The notes under the pieces are model-generated. The model was given only the letters and a program-made list of their open reading frames with translations. It had not been told where the DNA came from and made no database searches. Shown here piece after piece: positions 1 to 8,859 of a stretch of 27,620 bases of DNA. How positions within the stretch are numbered: the stretch's first letter is position 1; each line of letters begins with the position of its first letter. This DNA is from a virus. Taxonomy: Duplodnaviria; Caudoviricetes. The stretch spans positions 1 to 27,620 of the IMG/VR virus record IMGVR_UViG_3300016265_001183. One strand, 5' to 3'. The position numbers were made by a program, and so were the translations under genes.

Positions 1-5
1 GAGTT

Positions 6-188
6 TCATTGGTTGGGTTCCTCTTCAACAAAATCGTTTATAGAACAAGGTCTTGCGTCTTTGGGTATTAAACTGACGTCGCCGCTGATGTTGCTGACGT
101 CGCCTTTTATTTTATCATGCGCTCCGATAATTTTTTGACCGTTTATAAAATGGTACAGCTCTTTTTTTATGCGTTTTAAGGGTTTCAT
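6..188 (-). CDS. Small phage hypothetical protein with short GDVSNIS heptad repeat
   Basis: 60 aa ORF with a leftward promoter upstream; its TGA overlaps an ATG at 9-7 (ATGA coupling) of a gene running off the window; GDVSNISGDVS repeat. Confidence 0.7.
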   Translation of the reverse strand: MKPLKRIKKELYHFINGQKIIGAHDKIKGDVSNISGDVSLIPKDARPCSINDFVEEEPNQ

Positions 189-231
189 TTTAGCTTTTCC
201 GAATTTGTAACTTGTTTAAGTAATGATTGAC

Positions 232-259
232 AGGATACCAGCAAAAAAGAACTTGTCAA
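232..259 (-). promoter_or_regulatory. Leftward sigma70-type promoter within an inverted repeat
   Basis: Minus strand TTGACA (259-254), 16 nt spacer ending TGG, TATCCT (237-232); A-rich upstream; GATTGACA (225-232) and TGTCAATC (254-261) form an inverted repeat. Confidence 0.55.
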
Positions 260-280
260 TCTTTTTTTATAAAAAAAACG

Positions 281-628
281 ATGGCGCTTATTATTGGGCT
301 GTATAGTATTGTTTTTATGCTCGATAACAATACCGCCAGCATCACGACAACTTCTTTGCTGTATAAAAAAATATATAGCGAACTGGAAGAAAAATCAAAA
401 ACAGCCCTGCTCACTACCCGCGCCGCCGCATTATCTTTGATACAGGACACGCGCAATGAAAGCTGGAAGCATTACGTATTAAAAAATGCCGCCCATGATT
501 GGCTCGAAAAAAACATTTATTCGCACTTCAAGAAAGAAGATACCGCAGCACCACGAAAAAAAACCAGCCGGCTTTCGCGCTGGAAATATTTTTGTTCTAC
601 CCATTTAACGTTTGTAAAAAAATATTGA
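281..628 (+). CDS. Hypothetical protein (start uncertain, ATG 281 or 317)
   Basis: Open frame filling the gap between the divergent promoter region and the next gene; no recognisable motif, no clear SD. Confidence 0.45.
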   Translation: MALIIGLYSIVFMLDNNTASITTTSLLYKKIYSELEEKSKTALLTTRAAALSLIQDTRNESWKHYVLKNAAHDWLEKNIYSHFKKEDTAAPRKKTSRLSRWKYFCSTHLTFVKKY

Positions 629-654
629 CGGGTGTACTGTATTTTTATTATATA
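625..654 (+). promoter_or_regulatory. sigma70-type promoter
   Basis: A-tract, TTGACG (625-630), 18 nt, TATATA (649-654); SD GGAGA and ATG 673 downstream. Confidence 0.5.
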
Positions 655-672
655 TCTATATGGAGAATAATT

Positions 673-1008
673 ATGGACGAAAACACCGAAATTCAAACGG
701 AAGAAACTTCCGTTGCTGAGCATACAGAGCAGCCAGTAGAAAAAAAAGAGTTTGACGCCGCCGAGGTTGTCGCTTTTCTGCTGCGGGCAAAAGCCAAGAT
801 TGATGAAACTCAATCGCTGAACGAAGAAATTGAACACCTCAAGGACGGCATTGCCGCGTCTAACAGACGCATTTCAGAACTCGAAAGCGAATTGGCTGAT
901 GTTTTTGATGAATTTCATGACAGCGAGCACTTTGCTTTCATAAGTGACATTATAGCAACGATTGACGAATCTATTACAAGCAAATTAGTTGCGAATCATA
1001 AATATTAA
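673..1008 (+). CDS. Acidic coiled-coil hypothetical protein
   Basis: SD GGAGA at 662-666 before ATG 673 (MDENTEIQ...), so the upstream part of the 499 ORF is probably untranslated; heptad-like LNEEIEHLKDGIAASNRRISELESEL. Confidence 0.75.
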   Translation: MDENTEIQTEETSVAEHTEQPVEKKEFDAAEVVAFLLRAKAKIDETQSLNEEIEHLKDGIAASNRRISELESELADVFDEFHDSEHFAFISDIIATIDESITSKLVANHKY

Positions 1009-1019
1009 GAGCCGCGATT

Positions 1020-1331
1020 ATGTCTGATGATGTCTTTGATTACGATAAGGGTTATATAAAGGCGCTGCTAAAGCAAAATCAAAAAAGTTTTGGCTGGCTT
1101 GCTGAAATGGCCGATACTAGTTATCAGTCTGCTATTCTTATTGATCGCCGAGGCATTCACCGCGTACAACAACGGTTGCCATATAAGCGTTTAATTCTAG
1201 TGCTTGACGAACTGCGCAAACGCTCTAATGATAGCTCTACACATGTAGAGAAAGATGCGGTTTTTAAGGCGCGACTTAAAAGAGAGCATCCTGAATTGTG
1301 GAATGAAGTCCAACTTGAAGGAGTTGCTTAA
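1020..1331 (+). CDS. Putative Cro/XRE-like HTH DNA-binding protein
   Basis: IKALLKQNQKSFGWLAEMADTSYQSAILI resembles an N-terminal helix-turn-helix. Confidence 0.55.
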   Translation: MSDDVFDYDKGYIKALLKQNQKSFGWLAEMADTSYQSAILIDRRGIHRVQQRLPYKRLILVLDELRKRSNDSSTHVEKDAVFKARLKREHPELWNEVQLEGVA

Positions 1332-1622
1332 ATGTCTACCACGCGCAGGCGTAACGTGACATCTGCCAATCAATGGACAGAAGATTTTTATGCGTCTGAT
1401 ACTGCCAATCTGTATGTGCAAGGCGACGCAAGTTTTTCTGGGACTATCAGCTTGCAAACGCGCTTGGCTCCTGACGATCCCTGGTCAACGGTTGAGGACT
1501 TTGTAGGATCGGCATCATTTAGCGTGCAGCGCACTATTTATGCCGGCAGCAGTACTTCCCGCATTTTTCGCCTTGGTTGCTCTGCATACACTTCAGGCGC
1601 TTGCTTGTGCGTTCTTTCGTAG
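1332..1622 (+). CDS. Small beta-sandwich protein resembling phage virion accessory proteins
   Basis: Alternating beta-strand pattern NLYVQG..FSGTISLQ..W..V..F..FRLGCSAYTSG; abuts the upstream stop (TAA ATG), SD-like GAAGGAG upstream. Confidence 0.6.
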   Translation: MSTTRRRNVTSANQWTEDFYASDTANLYVQGDASFSGTISLQTRLAPDDPWSTVEDFVGSASFSVQRTIYAGSSTSRIFRLGCSAYTSGACLCVLS

Positions 1623-1638
1623 CTTATCAATATTTTTA

Positions 1639-1666
1639 TTGACAAGATTTTTTATAGGCGTATTAT
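1639..1666 (+). promoter_or_regulatory. sigma70-type promoter for the recombination operon
   Basis: TTGACA (1639-1644), 16 nt, TATTAT (1661-1666); SD GGAGA 1676-1680; ATG 1688. Confidence 0.65.
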
Positions 1667-1687
1667 CTCCTCATTGGAGATATTTTT

Positions 1688-2614
1688 ATGAACCAAACCA
1701 TAATAAAAGACGAAGCCCACTGGCATGAGCTTCGGGCAAAGAACATAGGCGCATCTGAAGCCGCCGTGCTGTTTGACGTATCGCCCTATAAAACAAAGTT
1801 TACCCTGTGGTGCGAGAAGGCCGGCAAAATTAAAGCCGATACAAAAGACAACGCACGCATGTTAGCTGGACGTGTTTTTGAACAGGGTATCGCACGCGGC
1901 CTGAATCAGTCCTATGATGCAAAAATACATATACCGCAGCAGCAGGTGTATCTTAGTAACGGTAGTGGCCTTGGCGCTACGCCTGATGCATGGGTTACGC
2001 GCACGTTGACTTCCGGCAAAGAAATACAGTGCCCAGTCGATTTAAAGTTTATGTCCTATCAGAAATATAAAGAGGACGTGTTGCAAGATGACGGCACACA
2101 TAAATGCCCGCTGCATTATGCTATCCAATTGCAGCAGCAAATGCTTTTATCCGGCGCGCACCTGTCCTATCTTGGTGTGTACGTTGAATCTAAGGGCTTC
2201 CTGCCGCTGATTGAGGTAAAAGAAAATGCTGGCTTTGGTAAAAAGCTGTTAGAGGCCAGCGCCGCGTTCTGGAAGTCTATCAAGGAAAACAAAGCGCCCC
2301 CTGTTGTTGGTGATGATCGAGCGGCACTTAGCGAGCTTTTGAAGATTCAGGGCAAAACAGATAAGGTTATTGAGCTTCATGACGTTGATGCCATAGGCTA
2401 TGCCGATGAATATTTAGATCTTAAGGCCAAAATAAAGGCACTCAAAGATAAGCAGGAAACTGCTTTGGCGAAACTGTCCAAGATTATTCAGGACAGCGGA
2501 AGCGACGTTGCACTATTGCCGAATGCAACGATTAAGGTTGTTACCCGTAACATACCGCAACACATAGTGAAGGAACGTACCGATACGTTTATCTCTATAT
2601 CCAAGGCAAAATAA
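1688..2614 (+). CDS. YqaJ-like (lambda Exo-type) exonuclease
   Basis: W..LR..IGASEAAV..SPYKT..LW.EK motif, LGATPDA and DLK (PD-(D/E)xK), HYAIQLQQQM; adjacent to RecT. Confidence 0.9.
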   Translation: MNQTIIKDEAHWHELRAKNIGASEAAVLFDVSPYKTKFTLWCEKAGKIKADTKDNARMLAGRVFEQGIARGLNQSYDAKIHIPQQQVYLSNGSGLGATPDAWVTRTLTSGKEIQCPVDLKFMSYQKYKEDVLQDDGTHKCPLHYAIQLQQQMLLSGAHLSYLGVYVESKGFLPLIEVKENAGFGKKLLEASAAFWKSIKENKAPPVVGDDRAALSELLKIQGKTDKVIELHDVDAIGYADEYLDLKAKIKALKDKQETALAKLSKIIQDSGSDVALLPNATIKVVTRNIPQHIVKERTDTFISISKAK

Positions 2615-2638
2615 CTTAACCAGCAAAAGGAATATATC

Positions 2639-3634
2639 ATGTCAAATCAAGCGCAGTTACTTTTAGCGAGGCACAAAGCCTTTCTATTCCAGCCACAAGT
2701 TATTGATGATTTAAAGGCCATTACCAAGGGTACGCAAGCTAGCGCCGAACAGTTTATGACCGGCGTTATTGCGGCAATCATTGATGCCCCCAAAATTCTA
2801 GAGCTATCGCCTGGCACTGTTTATAAGGCCGCAAAAAAGGTTGCATCCAGCGGCCTGTCCTTAAATCCCGCACACCAAGAGGCTAACTTTAGTCTGTACA
2901 AAGAAAAGCTCACCACGAACTTTTCCTATCAGGGCTTACTGAAAATGGTGCGCCGCAGCGGCATTGTTTCCAGCTTTGAAGCGCACGTTGTCTATGAAAA
3001 TGATGATCTAGACATCGCTCTAGGTACGGAGGGGTACATTAAACATAGGCCGCAAATCCTGAAGGATCGCGGCAGACCGATTGCCGCTTATGCGGTTGCC
3101 GTGCTAAAAGATGGTGAAAAGCAAAAAGACTTCATGACATGGCAAGAGATTTTGCAGGTGCGTGAAATTGCGCCGGGTTATAAGTTTGCCAGCGATAAAA
3201 ATCAAAGCATATGGGTAAAGCATCCCGCCGCAATGGCAAAGAAAACCGTGGCAAAGCGCCTCTGCTCATACCTGCCCAAGTCGCACGATCTTCAAGAAGC
3301 CCTTGGCAGTGAAGAAGATTATTCATTGGAAGATACAACAATCGAAACGCAGGCCATAGTACCTACACCAGCCGCGCCTGAGCCGTTACCTTCCGTTGTT
3401 AAAGCGCGCAGCAAAAAAGAGCCAAAGAAAGAAGCGCCAATTCAACAGCCACAGCCACAGACGGAGCCTGAATATGATTACAGCGATTCTCATATTAGTA
3501 ACGATGCAGATATTGGCGATACTGATAGTGATATTTATGGCGATCAGATTCAGGGACGTTCTGAGGAACAAAAGCCAGCGGTAAAAACGCTTGATGATGA
3601 ACTCGATGAACTTGATGGATTGACTGATTTTTAA
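2639..3634 (+). CDS. recT: RecT/Redbeta-family single-strand annealing protein
   Basis: GLSLNP, YQGLLKMVRRSG, VYENDD, AAYAVAVLKDG, W..HPAAMAKKTVAKRLCSYLPKS; long low-complexity acidic tail. Confidence 0.9.
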   Translation: MSNQAQLLLARHKAFLFQPQVIDDLKAITKGTQASAEQFMTGVIAAIIDAPKILELSPGTVYKAAKKVASSGLSLNPAHQEANFSLYKEKLTTNFSYQGLLKMVRRSGIVSSFEAHVVYENDDLDIALGTEGYIKHRPQILKDRGRPIAAYAVAVLKDGEKQKDFMTWQEILQVREIAPGYKFASDKNQSIWVKHPAAMAKKTVAKRLCSYLPKSHDLQEALGSEEDYSLEDTTIETQAIVPTPAAPEPLPSVVKARSKKEPKKEAPIQQPQPQTEPEYDYSDSHISNDADIGDTDSDIYGDQIQGRSEEQKPAVKTLDDELDELDGLTDF

Positions 3635-5260
3635 ATGATATTAAGAGACTACCAGAAAGAAGCCGTAATAGCGATACGCGACGCCTTTAGACGTGTGCGC
3701 CGTTGCGGCTTCGTTTTGCCCACATCCGGCGGCAAGACAGCGATCTTTTCGCATATAACCAGCAAACTTGATGAGGCGGGCAAGTCCTGCCTTATTTTGG
3801 TGCACCGGCAAGAATTGGTGCGGCAAACGTCGAATATGCTGGCGGATTTAGGCGTGCGGCATGATATAATAGCCCCCGTGCAACTGTGCTATCAGATCCG
3901 AGCAGAGCAGAATTACACGCATCAAAAGAATTTTTACGACACCACATCCAACATTAAGATTGCCAGCATCCAGACCTTAGCGCGCCGCAAGGTGATAGAC
4001 TTTCATCCCGTCATCATTGTTGTTGATGAATGTCACCACGCGGTCAGCAAAACATGGGCGGAACTGCTAGACAGATTCCCGCGTTCTAAAATACTAGGGG
4101 TCACAGCAACACCAATACGGCTAGACGGCAAGGGGCTTGATAAACAATTTGATGAACTTGTTATCGGAAAAAATATCCGGTGGCTTGTTGAGAACGATTA
4201 TATCGCTGAACCTATCGTGTACGCCAAAAAAATAGACCTAGAGGGCGTAAAAAAAAAGGGGTCAGACTTCGACGTTGATGATCTCGATAAAAAGATGAGC
4301 GACGGCAAAATTTACGGTGACGCCGTGAAGCATTACACCAAGCTCTGCCCTAACGCGCCGTTTATTGCTTTTTGTATCAATATTTCGCACGCCGTTATGT
4401 CTGCTAAGCAGTTTCAAGAGGCTGGTTATAAGGTGCATCATATCGACGGCAGTATGAAGCCGGCACAGCGCAACTTTCTGCTCGATTCGCTGGCGAAGGG
4501 TAAAATCCACGGCCTCACCTCTTGCGATATTATCAGCGAAGGAACAGACGTGCCGCTGGTTGCGTGCATTATCGGCCTGCGCCCCACCATGAGCCTGTCT
4601 ATGTACTTGCAACAGATAGGACGAGGATTGCGCAAATACCCTGTTGGTACGGACATCATGAACGAGCCGCATATGCAGCAGTTTATTGCTAACGGGAAAC
4701 ACAATTGCATTATACTAGATCATGCCGGCAACGTTGAACGCCACGGACACCCGCTGGTTGACCGCCAATGGTCGCTGGCCGATGGCATTATGCGCCAGGG
4801 TGAAGGCAAGAAAAAGAAAAAAGCAGAAAAGCCTGTGCACTGGCAATGCGCCGTGCCTAGCTGTTTAACCATTAACCCTATAGAAAATAGAATATGCTCT
4901 AACCCTGCGTGCGGCGCTGAGCGCGGCAAGAAAGATATTAAAGTTGTAGATGGCGAGTTAGAGCGCGTTGACTTTGATCCGCGCCCACAATGGGCAGGCG
5001 GGCTTGACATCCGCATACATCCCATAAGGGAGATACTTCAAACAGCAAGAAGCATGAAAGATTTATACCATATCGCACGGGTACGCGGCTATAAAAAGGG
5101 CTGGGCATTTCACCAAGCAAAAATAAAAGGTTGGATAAACGATGGAAACGATGGACAAGAAAGCGAAACAGCACAGCCACGCAATATTGAAATCAAAAAC
5201 GATGCTGGAATTACAGCGTCTATTCCCTACAGCGTTGATCGAGAACAGCCCAACTGGTAG
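3635..5260 (+). CDS. Superfamily 2 DExH helicase with C-terminal zinc ribbon
   Basis: LRDYQ Q-motif, PTSGGKT, DECHH, TATP, SEGTDVP, QQIGRGLR, IILDHAGN..RHG; four-Cys ribbon; RGYKKGWA motif. Confidence 0.93.
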   Translation: MILRDYQKEAVIAIRDAFRRVRRCGFVLPTSGGKTAIFSHITSKLDEAGKSCLILVHRQELVRQTSNMLADLGVRHDIIAPVQLCYQIRAEQNYTHQKNFYDTTSNIKIASIQTLARRKVIDFHPVIIVVDECHHAVSKTWAELLDRFPRSKILGVTATPIRLDGKGLDKQFDELVIGKNIRWLVENDYIAEPIVYAKKIDLEGVKKKGSDFDVDDLDKKMSDGKIYGDAVKHYTKLCPNAPFIAFCINISHAVMSAKQFQEAGYKVHHIDGSMKPAQRNFLLDSLAKGKIHGLTSCDIISEGTDVPLVACIIGLRPTMSLSMYLQQIGRGLRKYPVGTDIMNEPHMQQFIANGKHNCIILDHAGNVERHGHPLVDRQWSLADGIMRQGEGKKKKKAEKPVHWQCAVPSCLTINPIENRICSNPACGAERGKKDIKVVDGELERVDFDPRPQWAGGLDIRIHPIREILQTARSMKDLYHIARVRGYKKGWAFHQAKIKGWINDGNDGQESETAQPRNIEIKNDAGITASIPYSVDREQPNW

Positions 5261-5507
5261 CTTTTTTACCGAAAGCGGCGCTCCTATAAAGGTAGGCAAC
5301 AAGGGCAAGGCCGATATAACTGCAATTATTTTAGGCCGCGGTGTCGAGATTGAAATTAAAGTGCAGGGTGATCGTCAGAGTCAAGATCAGAAGGATCGGC
5401 AGAAAAAGATTGAGCGTGCGGGGGGAGTGTATCTGTTGGTTCGTGATACGGTATCAACCCTACATCAGGGACTAGTTTCTTGGGGCTTCGACATTTCAGG
5501 GCGTTGA
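5142..5507 (+). CDS. VRR-NUC-like PD-(D/E)xK nuclease
   Basis: GKADI..IEIK...RQSQDQ....IERAGGVYLLVR; typical neighbour of phage SF2 helicases; start may be ATG 5151. Confidence 0.82.
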   Translation: METMDKKAKQHSHAILKSKTMLELQRLFPTALIENSPTGSFFTESGAPIKVGNKGKADITAIILGRGVEIEIKVQGDRQSQDQKDRQKKIERAGGVYLLVRDTVSTLHQGLVSWGFDISGR

Positions 5508-8094
5508 CCTCGCGCCCGCCGGCAGTGCTGATTTTACCGGCATATTCCCAATCTTTGCTGCGGTTAAGAATCTGGAAGTAATCACCAAAGCAGCTTTCCG
5601 TTTCAAGAGCAGTACGCAGCTTTTTGTTGTTCTGTTCTATATAAAGGTCTTTTCTAATCTTGTGGATGCCAACCATGGACAGGGCGTGCACAATTCTTTG
5701 TTGGGGAATTGTCGCAATAAAACGTTCAGTACCAAACAAATCCCGGATAGCCTCGGACACAGGCACGTTGTAAACCGCAACGTCACCCTGCACTCGCAGC
5801 ACAATAGACAGCAATCCTTGCAAAAGCGCCTCGTAGCTGGTCTGCATCCCCGTTTCCACGGCCAGCCGGTTAATATTAACCTCGGTTATCATTTTTTCCG
5901 CAACGGCCTTTACTAGGAACGTGTCGGTGTACGTCATGCTTGCCCCGGCCAGCAGCATCCCCACCTGATCTGAAAACCGCGCCGTTGTGCTTCCCTGCTG
6001 GATGGTCTGTTTCAGTGTGCGGAAATTGCGGATCAATTCCTTGTAGTGATCCAGCATATAAGCAGAGAGCACGGCGGGTAAATCTTCCGGTATATCCTTA
6101 AGCCGCGCCTCTAGGGCGTACCAGTCCGGCTGCGCCAGTCCTTCGCCTAGCTCTATAAGGCAGAAGCGCGATTTATCCGCGTCCTGCATATATCCACGCG
6201 AGATAGAGGACAGCAGAAATATACTATTTTGCGCATAATACGTTACTTGTCCATTCATGCCGCCGCGTGATTGCAACGTTGTTCCGTCCTCCTCACCAGC
6301 AGAATTAGAGCGGATATATTGCAGTATATTATTAAGCCGTGTGCTGGATGATTTTTGATCCGGCTCTGCTTCATCGAGCGTTACAGCGCGGCTGTTCATG
6401 CCTATGCTTTGGCGTATCCCGGCCTCTGTTGCGCCTTCCATGGCGATGCCGTATTTACCAAGCGCCGGCTTGATTAACAGCCGTAAGAGTGAGGTCTTAC
6501 CCGCGCCGGCATTCTCTGAGTTTAACCATAGGTGAGGCCGCCACGGCAAAGCACCTGCCACATAGGCGCACATAATCCAGCCGCAAAGCATAACACCATG
6601 TGAAGGATAGCGCCACGAAAACGACATGCATAAATCCATCAGCAGTTGCTTATATTTCAGTGCCTTTTCGTTATCCCTAATCGGTACGGGCAGCCGCTCG
6701 CGGGTAGGGCTATAAATGCAGCGCGTATCATCCCACGGGAAAGCATACTCCATGCCGTTGTAATAAATCCTATCACCAAGATTCACTACTACACGCTCTC
6801 TGTCTTTCCACACGCCATTGCCACGCGCTTTGCCGGGGTCATACACGCCTTTTGCGCGAGATATGCACATGAGGTGATCAAACGCCATTGTATGGTTGAA
6901 GCTATCGTTAGACCGCGCTGGAAACTGCTGCATCCAGTAGTGCAGCGGCGCAAGGAAAAAATAGTCCTTCGCCGGTGTGCCGCCGGCAATTTTATAAATC
7001 TGGCTATCCTTTAAAAAATACAGCACGCCGTCATTGTGTCCTAATGGATAGAAAGGCGCGTCATTTTGAAACATTCCTTCCCGTGATGATGCTTCAACAG
7101 GCGGCTCTACGGCGGCGCGCTCATCGTGCTTTTTAATGACTTTCGTTCTGGCCGTCTCTAAATACGTTAGGCACGCTTGCGAATCCCATTTGTCTTTTAG
7201 AATCCGATCCGCGCAATCAATTTTCGACCCCAGAATATTGGGTTCAATATCGATTAAATCGACCTGTTTACCTAGACCTATCAGAGCCGTGGCGATTTTT
7301 TCCATGGCCTCGACGCCTGGCTTGTCTGCATCAGGCCATAGGATAACCCGGTCCCAATTGAGCAACGAAACTGCGCTCCAATCTGTTTTCATAGCGGACG
7401 CTGTGCCGCCTGCCCATGAGAGTATCGGAAAATCCCGCAAGGTTTTTGCGAGTGTCGCGGCGCACTTTTCGCCTTCGACGATAATGATGTAGCGCGCCTG
7501 CGCTTCTTCCCAGTGCGTTTCTTGGATCTTAATAGCGCGGGCAATGCCAAACGGTGGGCGCAATCCATCCGGCATTTTTGTAACAAATTTCTGCCCGTCA
7601 TAGGATAGCGGCAAAAAGACTTTTTTGCTGGCCGTATCAAAGCGCCGCACGCTAAATTGCCATTCGTTGCGCTCATTGTAATAAGACCATGCCGCCGTTG
7701 GCTGATTGCCCCTATACCAGTAGTCCTGCCCTGTTGGCGGCGCATCTGGTATAGGCGCATTCATACGCGGCTCTTGCGTCTCGATGCTGTTCTTTTCTGT
7801 GCGCTTGTGACGCACAACGGCTAGGCTAGTAGATGACGGCATGCCGTTTATAATACCACTATTGCGCAACTTTTGTATAGCCGCCTCATAACTTATGCCA
7901 TCCCTGAGCGCTACAAGGCTTGCTAATCCCTTGCCGCGCTCACCTGTTGCAAAGTCTCCCCATAGCCCTGATACTATGTTATATTTTAACGATAGTCCTT
8001 TCTCCCCATGTACTGAGCCTATGCAAAATTCTTTTGCTATGAGCACACCATTGGGGTATAGCGCCCTAAGCGCCTCTAAGTCGTTGTACTGCAT
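5356..8094 (-). CDS. Fused TOPRIM primase / P-loop helicase replication protein
   Basis: N-terminal WGDFATGE.G domain, TOPRIM IIIVEGEK...ILWPDADKPG, Walker A-like NAGAGKTS, Walker B VTLDEAE, DADKSRF. Confidence 0.88.
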   Translation of the reverse strand: MQYNDLEALRALYPNGVLIAKEFCIGSVHGEKGLSLKYNIVSGLWGDFATGERGKGLASLVALRDGISYEAAIQKLRNSGIINGMPSSTSLAVVRHKRTEKNSIETQEPRMNAPIPDAPPTGQDYWYRGNQPTAAWSYYNERNEWQFSVRRFDTASKKVFLPLSYDGQKFVTKMPDGLRPPFGIARAIKIQETHWEEAQARYIIIVEGEKCAATLAKTLRDFPILSWAGGTASAMKTDWSAVSLLNWDRVILWPDADKPGVEAMEKIATALIGLGKQVDLIDIEPNILGSKIDCADRILKDKWDSQACLTYLETARTKVIKKHDERAAVEPPVEASSREGMFQNDAPFYPLGHNDGVLYFLKDSQIYKIAGGTPAKDYFFLAPLHYWMQQFPARSNDSFNHTMAFDHLMCISRAKGVYDPGKARGNGVWKDRERVVVNLGDRIYYNGMEYAFPWDDTRCIYSPTRERLPVPIRDNEKALKYKQLLMDLCMSFSWRYPSHGVMLCGWIMCAYVAGALPWRPHLWLNSENAGAGKTSLLRLLIKPALGKYGIAMEGATEAGIRQSIGMNSRAVTLDEAEPDQKSSSTRLNNILQYIRSNSAGEEDGTTLQSRGGMNGQVTYYAQNSIFLLSSISRGYMQDADKSRFCLIELGEGLAQPDWYALEARLKDIPEDLPAVLSAYMLDHYKELIRNFRTLKQTIQQGSTTARFSDQVGMLLAGASMTYTDTFLVKAVAEKMITEVNINRLAVETGMQTSYEALLQGLLSIVLRVQGDVAVYNVPVSEAIRDLFGTERFIATIPQQRIVHALSMVGIHKIRKDLYIEQNNKKLRTALETESCFGDYFQILNRSKDWEYAGKISTAGGREVNALKCRSPKKLVPDVGLIPYHEPTDTLPPHAQSFSADPSDLDSDDHPAL

Positions 8095-8127
8095 GGGATT
8101 ATTTCTTTTTTTTGGGGTTTTATTTTG

Positions 8128-8622
8128 TTAGCCCAGATCAGCAAGCCCCTTGATTGCCTCTAAAGCACGGGAAATTTTCTTTTCCTTGCGTATTTTTTTC
8201 TCCTCTGATTTTAAAATGCCCTTTATAAATGCCTTGTCGTCTCGATTAACAAACCTCGCAAAGCTGGCCAGCAGGTCTTTTCGCGCTTTTGTATCTTTCG
8301 GGTACGCAACATAAAGCATCAGCACAGAAAACATTACAGAGCGTTTCAGCGGGTATTTATTATGTATATACTGGTTCAGCATAGATTCAGAAATATCCAG
8401 ATACGTTAAAAGGTTTGCTTTCGTGTCGTCATCATCGTTTATATCAGAGGCAATCAGGCCGCGTACCAGCGTGATAAAAAACTTGGTTTGTGGTTCAGAA
8501 TAGCCGGGCGCTCTTGTGGCGCGTTTTTTATTAAACTCCTCTAGATTGCTGGTCGGTGCCGCTGGCGCGGGCGGTATGGTGAATGTGTCGTTGTCATCGT
8601 CTAATAGGATCGCGTTGGTCAT
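8128..8622 (-). CDS. Putative HTH-containing regulator
   Basis: SD AAGGAA upstream; LLTYLDISESMLNQYIHNKYPL fits an XRE-like HTH; basic C-terminus. Confidence 0.6.
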   Translation of the reverse strand: MTNAILLDDDNDTFTIPPAPAAPTSNLEEFNKKRATRAPGYSEPQTKFFITLVRGLIASDINDDDDTKANLLTYLDISESMLNQYIHNKYPLKRSVMFSVLMLYVAYPKDTKARKDLLASFARFVNRDDKAFIKGILKSEEKKIRKEKKISRALEAIKGLADLG

Positions 8623-8673
8623 TTAATTGGTTCCTTGTTATTTAATTTGTTTGTGGATATCAGTAGTTTATTA

Positions 8674-8856
8674 TTAAATTGCGCCTATGGCGGTTAGCTC
8701 TCGCAATGCCTTTTCGGCATTTGCTAATATTTCCTTGTCTACTGGTATGTCGCGTGCGCCGCACTCCTCGCAATCGTAATGTGGCGAATCGTTGCACGCA
8801 TCCTGGTACGCTCCTAAAACAGCCTCGAATGCGTCATAAATTTCTGATATGTTCAT
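8674..8856 (-). CDS. Small hypothetical protein with CxxC
   Basis: 60 aa, C...HYDCEECG; ATG lies 3 nt after the upstream stop in the leftward operon. Confidence 0.65.
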   Translation of the reverse strand: MNISEIYDAFEAVLGAYQDACNDSPHYDCEECGARDIPVDKEILANAEKALRELTAIGAI

Positions 8857-8859
8857 AAA

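Noticed and set aside
499-672. N-terminal extension of the 169-aa ORF
   Set aside because: Overlaps another ORF and a promoter; the SD supports ATG 673
4248-4261. A-AAA-AAG slippery site in the helicase gene
   Set aside because: Encodes VKKKG within an intact domain; no convincing stimulatory structure seen
5662-8131. Plus-strand ORFs inside the primase-helicase gene, and similar shadow ORFs in the late operon
   Set aside because: Antisense or off-frame shadows of well-supported genes, with no motifs
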